NCBI GenBank assembly: GCA_016178135.1
Contig: JACOTW010000001.1
Coordinates: forward strand, 228 to 64,227
DNA: 64,000 nucleotides
Direction: 5' to 3'
Source: Candidatus Saccharimonadota bacterium
GTDB lineage: Bacteria > Patescibacteriota > Saccharimonadia > Saccharimonadales > JACOTW01
Below are positions 36,446 to 44,795 of the stretch, piece by piece. Positions within the stretch are counted from its first letter, which is position 1; each line of letters starts with the position of its first letter. Position numbers and translations under genes: made by a program. The notes below the pieces were generated by a model, which saw only the letters and a program-made list of their open reading frames with translations, was not told where the DNA came from and did no database searches.

Positions 36446-37504
36446 ATGGTAGACAAAATCAAGCAAGGTCGCTGGAAACTAGCTCTCAATCTTTTTACTA
36501 TTGGGGCGCTTGTGATTCTTGCCTATGCGCTTAGGCATCAGATATCTGAAACAATTCAAAAACTTGGCGAGGTTAACACCTACGCTCTATTGCTAATGAT
36601 ACCCCTGGAGATTTTTAACTATCATTCACAAGCTAAGCTATACCAGAGTATGTTTAGAATTTTAGGCGACAGGATACGCTATCGTTCACTGTATCGTCTT
36701 TCTTTGGAACTAAACTTTGTTAATAATATCTTTCCGAGTGGTGGAGTTTCCGGATTTTCTTATTTTGGCGTTCGTATGAAAAACGGGGCCAACATAGCCC
36801 CAACCAAGGCAACGCTAGTTCAACTCATGAAATTTATTATGATGTTTGTTTCTTTTCAGGTTATGCTTGCCATTGGACTGCTTATGTTGGCGATTGGTGG
36901 CAACGTCAACAACCTAGTCATTTTAGTTGCCGGATCAATTACTACCTTGTTATTCGTAAGTACTTTTGGACTGGCTTATATTATTGGTAGCAAGCAAAGG
37001 ATTAGGAGTTTTTTTACAATCCTAACACGTGTTGCTAACAGAATAATTCATGTGTTTCGCCGCAGGCATCCTGAAACCATTAATATTGATAAGGCTCAAG
37101 AAAAATTTACCGAGATACATGAAAACTACATGTTGCTCAAACAAGACCTTAACGCACTCAAACAGCCACTGCTTTATTCGCTGATGGCAAACGTGTCAGA
37201 GATACTTACTATCTATATGGTTTATGTTGCTTTTGGTCACTGGGTTAACCCTGGCGCTGTTATTTTGGGTTACGCAATCGCTAATTTTGCTGGTTTCTTT
37301 TCGGTTTTGCCTGGCGGGATTGGGCTTTATGAAGCATTGATGACTGCAACGTTGGCCACTGCCGGTGTGTCAGCCGGACTAAGCCTGCCTGTAACTATTA
37401 TGTATCGAGTACTCAATATGTTAATCCAGCTACCGCCAGGTTACTTTTTTTATTATCGAACAATCCACAAGGGGTCAAATAATCAGTCACGGGCTGTCAG
37501 CTGA
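36446..37504 (+). CDS. Flippase-like / lysylphosphatidylglycerol-synthase TM-region family membrane protein
   Basis: 352 aa, about 8 TM helices, with the typical N-terminal pattern KxxLxLxxxxxLxxLAYxLR and FPSGGVSGF. Confidence 0.65.
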   Translation: MVDKIKQGRWKLALNLFTIGALVILAYALRHQISETIQKLGEVNTYALLLMIPLEIFNYHSQAKLYQSMFRILGDRIRYRSLYRLSLELNFVNNIFPSGGVSGFSYFGVRMKNGANIAPTKATLVQLMKFIMMFVSFQVMLAIGLLMLAIGGNVNNLVILVAGSITTLLFVSTFGLAYIIGSKQRIRSFFTILTRVANRIIHVFRRRHPETINIDKAQEKFTEIHENYMLLKQDLNALKQPLLYSLMANVSEILTIYMVYVAFGHWVNPGAVILGYAIANFAGFFSVLPGGIGLYEALMTATLATAGVSAGLSLPVTIMYRVLNMLIQLPPGYFFYYRTIHKGSNNQSRAVS

Positions 37505-37544
37505 TCTTCTTTCCAAGAAACAACGTGTAGCTACTTTTGCTTGG

Positions 37545-37822
37545 CCTAAAAACTACTTTTTTGTCTGCAGCATATCTACGGATATGCTTTATAGGACTTT
37601 CGCACTTTGTTGCCAATGCCAGAGTGTAGCTGGGTGAGCGAAAACGGTTCAGGTTCTGGAGGGGTAGCCATAGCTACACCGAGAGAACATGGGCCGCTTG
37701 TAGCCACACAGGTTAAGTCTGGTGTGGTAAGAAAGTGCGAAAGTCCTATATAGCCAAAGAAAGCTAGTTTTTAGACTCATCATCCATCACTCAAAATTTG
37801 GTCATTTTGTTTTGGAATGGCT
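37545..37822 (+). mobile_element. PE-C (left TIR missing) carrying a nested full PE-D
   Basis: Colinear with the msrA copy on both sides of the insert. The right TIR TGGTCATTTTGTTTTGGAATGGCT is intact. Confidence 0.8.
37591..37750 (+). mobile_element. PE-D element, full copy
   Basis: TIRs ATAGGACTTTCGCACTTT/AAAGTGCGAAAGTCCTATA, inserted at the GCTT-TA-GCC site of PE-C with TA flanks. It shares the TTTCGCACTTT core with the PE-B TIR. Confidence 0.8.
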
Positions 37823-37851
37823 CTAGGAACGAGGGATTTCGCATAAGTCCA
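37823..37851 (+). repeat. Solo PE-A right-end fragment
   Basis: CTAGGAACGAGGGATTTCGCATAAGTCCAG. Confidence 0.7.
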
Positions 37852-37872
37852 GGTAATGTTACAGTTATTCTT

Positions 37873-38976
37873 ATGCAGGAGTTAGTTTTTTCGCCGAGTG
37901 ATTTTGTTGCTGTTTTGAATCAGACGCTGGAATCTGCCTATCCCGGCGTTATGATTCAGGGGGAGTTGGCTAATTTTCGTGTGAGTAAAAATAAATGGGT
38001 GTATTTTGATCTCAAGGACGAATATTCTTCAGTTAAATTCTTTGGAACGATCTATCAATTAACGGGGCCACTGGAAGATGGACTTATGCTACAAGTCAGG
38101 GGAATACCACGGCTACATCAAGCCTATGGTTTTAGTATTAATGTGCAATCTATACGACCAGTAGGTGAGGGATCGTTACGCAAGGCTGCGGCGTTGCTGG
38201 AGGCTAAACTGACTGCGGAGGGCTTGTTTGAGTCTTATCGTAAGCGAGCGCTACCATATCCGCCGGAGTGCATCGGGCTTATTGCGTCCAGTGAGTCTGC
38301 TGCTTATCATGATTTTATCAAGATTTTAAATAGTCGGTGGGGTGGGGTGATGATAGAGCTTGCCGACGTACAGGTTCAAGGTGATGCTGCTATTGGGCAA
38401 ATTGTTCGGGCTATAGATTACTTTAATCAACATGCCAAAATGCCCGAAATTTTAGTAATAACCAGAGGTGGTGGCAGTACTGAAGATCTGGCAGTTTTTA
38501 GTACCGAACAAGTTACGCGAGCTATAGCCGGCAGTCGTGTTCCGACCATGGTTGCCATCGGCCATGAAGTAGATTTGAGTCTGGCTGAACTAGTGGCTGA
38601 TCGGCGCGCCAGTACACCCAGCAACGCTGCCGAACTACTTGTACCAGATAAAAAACATGAACGCCAGAGGGTTATTACGCAACAAAGAAGTCTAGATGAT
38701 TATCTATCCTACCTTATGAAAAATGCTCGCGAAGCCGTGAAAAATTATCAAAAAGAACTACAAGTTGGCTGGAAAGAATATATTACTAATGCAAAACGTA
38801 CACTTAGCTTGCATCGTCAGGTACTTGCGGTTTTAGACCCTGACACCGTGCTCAAGCGCGGTTATGCGATTGTTCGTAGTAGTAATGGTGTCGTACTACG
38901 CTCAATTAAGCAAGTAGAAGCCGGTGATACACTTAATGTAGTGATTAGCGATGGTAGTTTTGAAGCTAGAGTATGA
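37873..38976 (+). CDS. xseA: Exodeoxyribonuclease VII large subunit
   Basis: An OB-fold N-terminus (GELANFRVSKNKWVYFDLKD) and a catalytic core (ITRGGGSTEDL, IGHEVD). Confidence 0.9.
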   Translation: MQELVFSPSDFVAVLNQTLESAYPGVMIQGELANFRVSKNKWVYFDLKDEYSSVKFFGTIYQLTGPLEDGLMLQVRGIPRLHQAYGFSINVQSIRPVGEGSLRKAAALLEAKLTAEGLFESYRKRALPYPPECIGLIASSESAAYHDFIKILNSRWGGVMIELADVQVQGDAAIGQIVRAIDYFNQHAKMPEILVITRGGGSTEDLAVFSTEQVTRAIAGSRVPTMVAIGHEVDLSLAELVADRRASTPSNAAELLVPDKKHERQRVITQQRSLDDYLSYLMKNAREAVKNYQKELQVGWKEYITNAKRTLSLHRQVLAVLDPDTVLKRGYAIVRSSNGVVLRSIKQVEAGDTLNVVISDGSFEARV

Positions 38977-39051
38977 CACGAGTTTAGCACTTTTCCATTG
39001 CCCCTTGGTCACACCTGAACGGCTGCAAACTTCTACTCCTCACTCAACATA
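38976..39051 (+). repeat. PE-B left portion (right portion missing)
   Basis: ACACGAGTTTAGCACTTTTCCATTGCCCC...CTCACTCAACATA is colinear with PE-B up to the TA where PE-G sits. Confidence 0.7.
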
Positions 39052-39214
39052 TAGCCCCCGCAAAACAAATTCCCGACTTTTCGAATCACCCTCTTTGGCC
39101 CAAAACCGCCTTTCCTCGTTCAACGTATCTAAGGATATGTCTCTCTCGGAAAAATCAGTTTTTGACTCAAAGATCATTGCTTCAAAAACCCACGAATTTG
39201 TTTTGCGGGGACTA
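39052..39214 (+). mobile_element. PE-G element, full copy
   Basis: TIRs TAGCCCCCGCAAAACAAATTC/GAATTTGTTTTGCGGGGACTA with TA/TA duplication. The TIR is related to PE-C (TAGCC..CAAAACAAA). A fragment recurs at about 46840-46866. Confidence 0.75.
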
Positions 39215-39397
39215 TAACGTTATCAGGAATTAAATAGCGAACTGGAGGATATTTTAGTAAAACTACAGTCTGACAGCTTGGATATAGATGAGGCCGTTAA
39301 GTTGCATGAGAGGGGTACGATTATTGTTAAAGAACTTGAGGCGTATCTGAAAAATGCCGAAAACAAGGTTGCCAAGATTAAAGCGAGCTTTGAGTAA

Positions 39398-39889
39398 GTG
39401 ACGCTTGTTTTGCTGGTATTGAGTTTTATTATTGTAACTTTTGGTTTCGTTATAGCATTTGGCGCACCATTTTTACCGACTCTTAAGCCTCAAATTGCGA
39501 TAGCGTTGGATCTTATCGATCTAAAGCCAGAACAGACACTACTAGAGCTCGGAAGTGGAGATGGGCGAGTTCTGGTTGCAGCAGCTGAACGTGGGCTCAA
39601 AGTAGTGGGCTATGAAATTAACCCGCTACTTGTCCTATATTCATGGCTTCGTACCCGTAAATATGGCAGGAACGTTAGGATTATATGGGGTAATTATTGG
39701 AATAAAAAATGGCCCCCAGTTGACGGTATATTTGTATTTTTATTAAATAGATATATGCCCAAACTGGATAAAAAAATTATTCAAGAATCTGATAATAATG
39801 TTAAGCTTGTGAGCTTTGCCTTTATAGTTCCAGGCCGAAAACCAGTCAAAATACGGCACGGTGTTTATTTATATATATACAATGATTGA
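39398..39889 (+). CDS. Class I SAM-dependent methyltransferase with an N-terminal TM helix
   Basis: LELGSGDGRVLVAAAERGLKVVGYEINP motif I/II. GTG start directly after the xseB stop. Confidence 0.7.
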   Translation: MTLVLLVLSFIIVTFGFVIAFGAPFLPTLKPQIAIALDLIDLKPEQTLLELGSGDGRVLVAAAERGLKVVGYEINPLLVLYSWLRTRKYGRNVRIIWGNYWNKKWPPVDGIFVFLLNRYMPKLDKKIIQESDNNVKLVSFAFIVPGRKPVKIRHGVYLYIYND

Positions 39890-39921
39890 AAAAAAACGAT
39901 AAATTAGCTACCATTAGCAGT

Positions 39922-40662
39922 ATGCAACCGAATAATCCACAATCGCCATACCCGCAAGGGCCACAGATGCCAGCGCCAAACTATCCAGGCTTCCAGCCCG
40001 TAGCAGCATCTCAACAGAAGCCTCATTCGCGCGTAATAGTGGCTATTCTTATTATTACTGTATTACTGCTGTTGATGGCCACTGGTTTTGGGCTTTGGGC
40101 ATTTTCCAGAAGTCTGGATTACAAAAATAACTCTGATAAAAAATCTGCCGTGGCAGTATCTAAAGCCGAAGATATACTGACAAAAAAGAAGGATGCTGAA
40201 TTTGCAGAAGCCGAGAAGCAGCCTTTTAAAACCTACATTAGCCCTTCTACGGCTGGAACAATCAATATAACTTATCCTCGTACATGGAGTGCTTTCGTAA
40301 CCGAATCAGACAAGAGTTCTACGCCGGTAGAAGGTTACTTCCATCCTAATTTTGTACCTGGTGTCCAGTCTGGAGTCTCATTTGCTTTGAGATTGCAGGT
40401 ACTAGATCAGAAGTATGACCAGGTTATGAAGCAGTTTGATAGTGCGGCAAAGACTGGCAAGGTCAAAATTGGGCCATTTCGAGCGGTTAAAGTGCAAGAA
40501 ATACTGGGTTCTCGGTTAGACGGTGAAATTGCCCAAAATCAGCAGGGAAGTATGATTGTCCTGCCTTTGCGAGATAAGACTATAAAAATTTTCACTGAAG
40601 CAGGAACATTTACTAACGACTTCAACAACACCGTGTTGCCCAGCCTAACATTCTCTCCGTAG
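39922..40662 (+). CDS. Membrane-anchored hypothetical protein (Pro/Gln-rich N-terminus, single TM, extracytoplasmic domain)
   Basis: MQPNNPQSPYPQGPQMPAPNYPGF is followed by a TM helix. No recognisable domain. Confidence 0.45.
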   Translation: MQPNNPQSPYPQGPQMPAPNYPGFQPVAASQQKPHSRVIVAILIITVLLLLMATGFGLWAFSRSLDYKNNSDKKSAVAVSKAEDILTKKKDAEFAEAEKQPFKTYISPSTAGTINITYPRTWSAFVTESDKSSTPVEGYFHPNFVPGVQSGVSFALRLQVLDQKYDQVMKQFDSAAKTGKVKIGPFRAVKVQEILGSRLDGEIAQNQQGSMIVLPLRDKTIKIFTEAGTFTNDFNNTVLPSLTFSP

Positions 40663-40756
40663 CTCGTACATCGGAGTTGTCCAGTATACTCTGTTGTCTG
40701 CGAAAAAATGCCTAAATCCTGTACACTAATACTGGACTTACGTACAAGAGAGGGTA

Positions 40757-41482
40757 TTGAACGCCGTGGAAGTGCATCGGGAACAAATCGATAAACTATC
40801 TGAAAATACACGTCTTTTGAGGGCACTAGCTGAACAGTTAAAGATTCCTCTTCTTCAAATTGCCCGCCAGACTGAATTGCCAAAGACTACCGAATACATG
40901 TTACAAGATGTCAATGAACAGGCGAGTATGGCACTTAGACTACTTGATGGATATTTATTGAGTACGCAACAGATATCACGTGGCGATCTTGAGCTTCAAC
41001 CGACAACAGTTTCATCCGTGCTTTATGATGCGGCTCATAATCTGGCCGGAATCGCTAAACAGTATAGTTGTGATTTGGAATTAGAGACTCCATACAAACT
41101 TCAACCTGTTTTGGTTCATCGGGAAAGTTTTGAAGCGGCTATTTTGGCACTTGGCTATAGTTTTATAGAAGCACAAGCAACCCAAGATGATAATCAAAAA
41201 AAAGTTATTACACTTGCAGCTCACCGAAGTCGCTATGGTGTTGCTGCTGGTGTTTATGGCCGCCAGGAAGGTCTTAGTACTGATATGTATCGTCGCGCTC
41301 GTTCCTTGTATGGTCGCGCTCGACAGCCATTACCATCACTAACATCGACATCTGGTGCTGGAATATTTTTGGCTGATTCTTTACTGGAGGTCATGAATAC
41401 TCGTTTGCACGTCTCCCACCACCATAAACTGAATGGCTTGGCGGCTATATTATTGTCGAGTAGGCAACTGTCTCTGATATGA
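40757..41482 (+). CDS. Soluble histidine-kinase-like protein with Glu in place of the phospho-acceptor His (pseudokinase candidate)
   Basis: LAEQLKIPLLQI aligns by eye to the H-box SHELRTPL. The downstream layout resembles DHp plus a degenerate HATPase (SGAGIFLADSLLE for the G2 box). Start uncertain. Confidence 0.45.
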   Translation: MNAVEVHREQIDKLSENTRLLRALAEQLKIPLLQIARQTELPKTTEYMLQDVNEQASMALRLLDGYLLSTQQISRGDLELQPTTVSSVLYDAAHNLAGIAKQYSCDLELETPYKLQPVLVHRESFEAAILALGYSFIEAQATQDDNQKKVITLAAHRSRYGVAAGVYGRQEGLSTDMYRRARSLYGRARQPLPSLTSTSGAGIFLADSLLEVMNTRLHVSHHHKLNGLAAILLSSRQLSLI

Positions 41483-41871
41483 ATATTTTACTTATTGAAC
41501 CACATCAATTACTTGCCAGTACATATAAACAAGCTCTGGAAGGTGCCGATCACAGCGTGGCATGGTGCCAAAAGGCTCAAAAAGCACTTCATCTTGCCGA
41601 TAACCATGTACCTGATCTAGTGATCATGGAATTACAGCTTCAACAGCATAATGGGATCGCTTTTTTACATGAATTTCGTTCCTACGCTGAATGGCAAGCT
41701 ATTCCAGTGATTGTACATAGCTTGGTGCCATTTAATCATTATCGAGCTGATAAAAAAAATCTGGAGAGTTTAGGTATTGTTGCGTACCTCTATAAGCCAG
41801 TAACTTCTATTAAACGTTTACTGGATGCCGTTGATCAAATTTCTACCTCGGACTTACGCGCAGTTGCATGA
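41479..41871 (+). CDS. Receiver-domain protein with Glu at the phospho-acceptor position (pseudo-receiver candidate)
   Basis: PDLVIMELQLQQHNG replaces the usual DLxxxDxxMP. The N-terminal acidic pair reads IEPH. Ser (VHSLV) and Lys (YKPV) are retained. ATGA overlaps on both sides. Confidence 0.6.
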   Translation: MNILLIEPHQLLASTYKQALEGADHSVAWCQKAQKALHLADNHVPDLVIMELQLQQHNGIAFLHEFRSYAEWQAIPVIVHSLVPFNHYRADKKNLESLGIVAYLYKPVTSIKRLLDAVDQISTSDLRAVA

Positions 41872-42563
41872 AGTCTCAAATTATTACTACGGGTATAATG
41901 TTGGCTAGAACTGATTTTCAGGAGGCTGATCGGATTATTACGGTACTTACGTCAGATCATGGAAAAATCAGGGCTATCGCCAAAGGTGTTCGCCGCCCAA
42001 AATCTAGGTTGGCTGGTGGCATTGAGCTTTTTAGTGTTAGTAATCTGACCTTTTTGCCTGGTCGCGGTGAAATGCAGACTTTGATTTCCAGTCGGCTAGG
42101 CATCCATTACGGCAACATAGTTAATGATATCAATAAAACCATGTTGGGGTACGAACTACTGAAGATCATGAATCGGCTTACTGAAGATGCAGCCGGTGGG
42201 GAATACTTTTACCTGTTGCAAACCGCTTTAGATGGGTTGAACAACCAAGAACTTTTGGCGGGCACGCTAGAGCTTTGGTTTGATATGCATTTATTGAAGA
42301 TTACTGGCCACGCTCCAAATTTACAGACAGACAAAGAGGGAAATAAACTCAAAGATAATCAACGATACGTCTTTAGTTTTGACGATATGCTATTTGTACC
42401 GATTCAAAATGGACTCCATGACACCAGCGTAATTAAGTTGTTACGGTTAGCTTATGCCGCCAAAGAGCCCAGTTTGCTTGCCAGGGTTAACGGAGTAGAG
42501 GCATTACTGCCAAAATGCCAACAGCTTACAAAGACTATGCTGAACCGCTTTGTTCGGATATAA
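41868..42563 (+). CDS. recO: DNA repair protein RecO
   Basis: An OB-fold N-terminus GIMLARTDFQEADRIITVLTSDHGKIRAIAKGVRRPKSR. Confidence 0.85.
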   Translation: MKSQIITTGIMLARTDFQEADRIITVLTSDHGKIRAIAKGVRRPKSRLAGGIELFSVSNLTFLPGRGEMQTLISSRLGIHYGNIVNDINKTMLGYELLKIMNRLTEDAAGGEYFYLLQTALDGLNNQELLAGTLELWFDMHLLKITGHAPNLQTDKEGNKLKDNQRYVFSFDDMLFVPIQNGLHDTSVIKLLRLAYAAKEPSLLARVNGVEALLPKCQQLTKTMLNRFVRI

Positions 42564-42574
42564 TCACATCCAAT

Positions 42575-43915
42575 ATGAGTAAAAAAGTAAAGATGGAAGA
42601 TATTGTCAGCCTTTGCAAGCGGCGTGGATTTATTTATCAGGGTTCGGAAATTTATGGTGGGCTGGCGGGGACGTGGGATTATGGTCCTCTGGGTGTTGCG
42701 CTAAAGCGTAATATTATGAATTTGTGGTGGAAGATGTTCGTAGAAGACCGCGACGATATGTATGGAGTAGATGCGGCGATTTTAATGAACCAAAAAGTCT
42801 GGCAGGCCAGTGGTCATGTCGATACCTTTACTGACCCATTGGTGGAATGTAGTAATTGCCACGAAAGATTTAGGCATGATCAAGTTCCGGATATTATGGA
42901 ACGAGGTTTGCAGGATGCCCAAACTAGATGCCCAAACTGTGGTAAGCCTGGAGTTCTGTCGGAACCCCGTCAGTTTAATATGATGTTTAAGACCAATATT
43001 GGGCCGGTGACAGATGATTCATCCACGAGCTATTTACGGCCGGAGACAGCACAGGGGATTTTTACTAATTTTAAGAACGTGGTGGATAGTTTTTATCCGG
43101 ATATACCGTTTGGTGTGGCACAAATGGGCAAGGCGTTTAGGAACGAGATAAGTCCGCGTGATTTTGTGTTCCGTAGTCGTGAGTTTGAGCAAATGGAGAT
43201 TGAATATTTTGTTGCGCCAGATAAGTGGGAAGTTGCTTTTGATAAATGGGTGAAAGATATTCAGGTGTTTTTGGAAGCGGTGGGGGTACCAAAAGAAAAT
43301 GTACATCAAGTAGAAGTTCCACCAGCTGATCGTGCTCACTACAGCAAACGTACCGTTGATTTTGAGTTTGATTTTCCGCACAAACGCGACGAGTTGTTGG
43401 GGCTGGCATACCGCACGGATTTTGATCTTCAAAACATCCAGCGGGTAAGTGGCAGGAGTATGGAATATCGTCCAAAAGAGGGCGGAGATGCGTTCATACC
43501 GCATGTCATAGAGCCGTCCTTTGGGGTGGAGCGTGCCATCATGGCAGTACTGGTAAGTGCCTTTACAGAAGACGAGGTAAACGGCGAAAAGCGTGTTTAT
43601 TTGAAACTCCCTGCACATTTAGCCCCAGTCAAAGTGGCTGTTAGCCCATTGCTCAAAAACAAGCCGGAATTGGTAGAGAAGGCTAGAGAAGTGTATGGCA
43701 TGCTGAAGAAAGAACTTGGCAACGTCATGTGGGATGACAACGGCAACATTGGCAAACGCTATCGTCGTCAAGACGAAATTGGTACCCCATACTGCGTTGT
43801 TATAGATTTCCAAACTCTAGAAGACAACACCGTAACAGTCAGAAACCGAGACACCACCAAACAAGATCGTGTTCCCTCCGAAGAGTTAATCGATAAACTT
43901 GGCTATAGGCATTAA
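42575..43915 (+). CDS. glyQS: Glycyl-tRNA synthetase (dimeric class II type)
   Basis: RRGFIYQGSEIYGGLAGTWDYGPLG N-terminus. TATAAT lies 10 nt upstream of the ATG at 42575. Confidence 0.95.
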   Translation: MSKKVKMEDIVSLCKRRGFIYQGSEIYGGLAGTWDYGPLGVALKRNIMNLWWKMFVEDRDDMYGVDAAILMNQKVWQASGHVDTFTDPLVECSNCHERFRHDQVPDIMERGLQDAQTRCPNCGKPGVLSEPRQFNMMFKTNIGPVTDDSSTSYLRPETAQGIFTNFKNVVDSFYPDIPFGVAQMGKAFRNEISPRDFVFRSREFEQMEIEYFVAPDKWEVAFDKWVKDIQVFLEAVGVPKENVHQVEVPPADRAHYSKRTVDFEFDFPHKRDELLGLAYRTDFDLQNIQRVSGRSMEYRPKEGGDAFIPHVIEPSFGVERAIMAVLVSAFTEDEVNGEKRVYLKLPAHLAPVKVAVSPLLKNKPELVEKAREVYGMLKKELGNVMWDDNGNIGKRYRRQDEIGTPYCVVIDFQTLEDNTVTVRNRDTTKQDRVPSEELIDKLGYRH

Positions 43916-43916
43916 A

Positions 43917-43990
43917 CTGGACCCCTTGCAAAATAACTCCGTAACCCACCCAGCAGGTGCCCTTTTTGCCTCAAACCGAGCCAAAGCCTT
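43917..43990 (+). repeat. Degenerate PE-A-like fragment abutting the glyQS stop
   Basis: CTGGACCCCTTGCAAAATAACTCC... follows TAAA, which contains the stop codon. Only the left end is recognisable. Confidence 0.3.
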
Positions 43991-44028
43991 CGCCCCGTAA
44001 CAGATGTTATGCTACGATCGGCAAGAAT

Positions 44029-44598
44029 CTATTTTGATCTGGGTGATGAGCTTTTGGGTCGACTATGATTACGATACGTTAATTCGCCCCGATGTTGATC
44101 CAGCCTTTCGATATATTTTTCAAATCTATTAAACAGGTTGGAATAGTGTCCGCTTGGTGCCAGTAGCTTCAGAAGTTTGCCTTTTTCTTCCAGATACTCA
44201 ACAAGGGTATAGAAATCGCCATCGCCCGAAATAATAACGGCTTTATCATAATTTGGAAGCTCTTTCATTGCCCACAAAACCAAATCAGCATCAATGTTGC
44301 CTTTTACTGGTTTTTTGTCTTCATCAGGGTTATTTACATCTTTGGTTTCTGGTTGCGGTTTGGTGATATCGAAAGTTGGCTTCAATACCACGGCATAGCC
44401 AGCCTCATTAAGTTGTCTGTACATATCTTCAAACTCCGGTACGTAACCGATGAACATGAACGCCTTGGTAACCCCATATTTATCGGCCAGAAATTCCCGA
44501 AATTTTTTCCAGTCCATCTTCCAGCCAAGTTTTCGCGTACTGATATTCAGATTTTGACTGTCAATGAACGCGTAAATTTTTCTATCACTAATATTCAT
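44029..44598 (-). CDS. NYN-domain (LabA/DUF88-like) putative RNase
   Basis: YAFIDSQNL...GNIDADLVLWAM...VIISGDGDFYTLVEYL acidic motifs. Confidence 0.8.
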   Translation of the reverse strand: MNISDRKIYAFIDSQNLNISTRKLGWKMDWKKFREFLADKYGVTKAFMFIGYVPEFEDMYRQLNEAGYAVVLKPTFDITKPQPETKDVNNPDEDKKPVKGNIDADLVLWAMKELPNYDKAVIISGDGDFYTLVEYLEEKGKLLKLLAPSGHYSNLFNRFEKYIERLDQHRGELTYRNHSRPKSSSPRSK

Positions 44599-44635
44599 AC
44601 ACAACAATCATAGCATTATTTCTTTGTGGAATAGA

Positions 44636-44794
44636 CTCGACCTACCCAAAACTCCTCCATCCCCAGATCGAATTCTATCGGCTACAAACAGTTTTTCTTC
44701 TCTCGATGTAGCTAAGGCTACCTCTCCTTCAGACAAAACAGTTTTCGCTCGAGATAATTCACTCTGGGAACGGACGATTTTGCGACAGGTCCAG
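44636..44794 (+). mobile_element. PE-A element (beta subtype) with a degenerate left TIR, abutting the typA stop codon
   Basis: CTCGACCTACCCAAAA...TTTTGCGACAGGTCCAG. The right flank TTTA contains the complement of the typA TAA stop. Confidence 0.8.
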
Positions 44795-44795
44795 T

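Larger units (their letters stand above)
38973..39397 (+). pseudogene. xseB: Exodeoxyribonuclease VII small subunit separated from its start codon by a PE-B/PE-G composite insertion
   Basis: 39218-39397 encodes RYQELNSELEDILVKLQSDSLDIDEAVKLHERGTIIVKELEAYLKNAENKVAKIKASFE*, an XseB-like helical hairpin, with no start codon. The candidate ATGs at 38973 (ATGA overlap with xseA) and 38951 lie about 245 bp upstream, across the repeats. Confidence 0.6.

Noticed and set aside
40679-40745. Outward-facing PE-A-like ends (…TTGTCCAG TATACT … AATA CTGGACTTACG) could be an excised-circle or tandem junction.
   Set aside because: Only 6-13 nt of each terminus match, there is no interior element sequence, and 48 bp of unrelated spacer separates them. 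They are more simply degenerate solo fragments.
43034-43618. A 194-aa minus-strand ORF (and other 60-130-aa antisense ORFs) lies inside glyQS, secA, lysS, pyrG, typA, topA and other genes.
   Set aside because: Each lies fully within a confidently identified gene on the opposite strand and has no recognisable motifs or start context.
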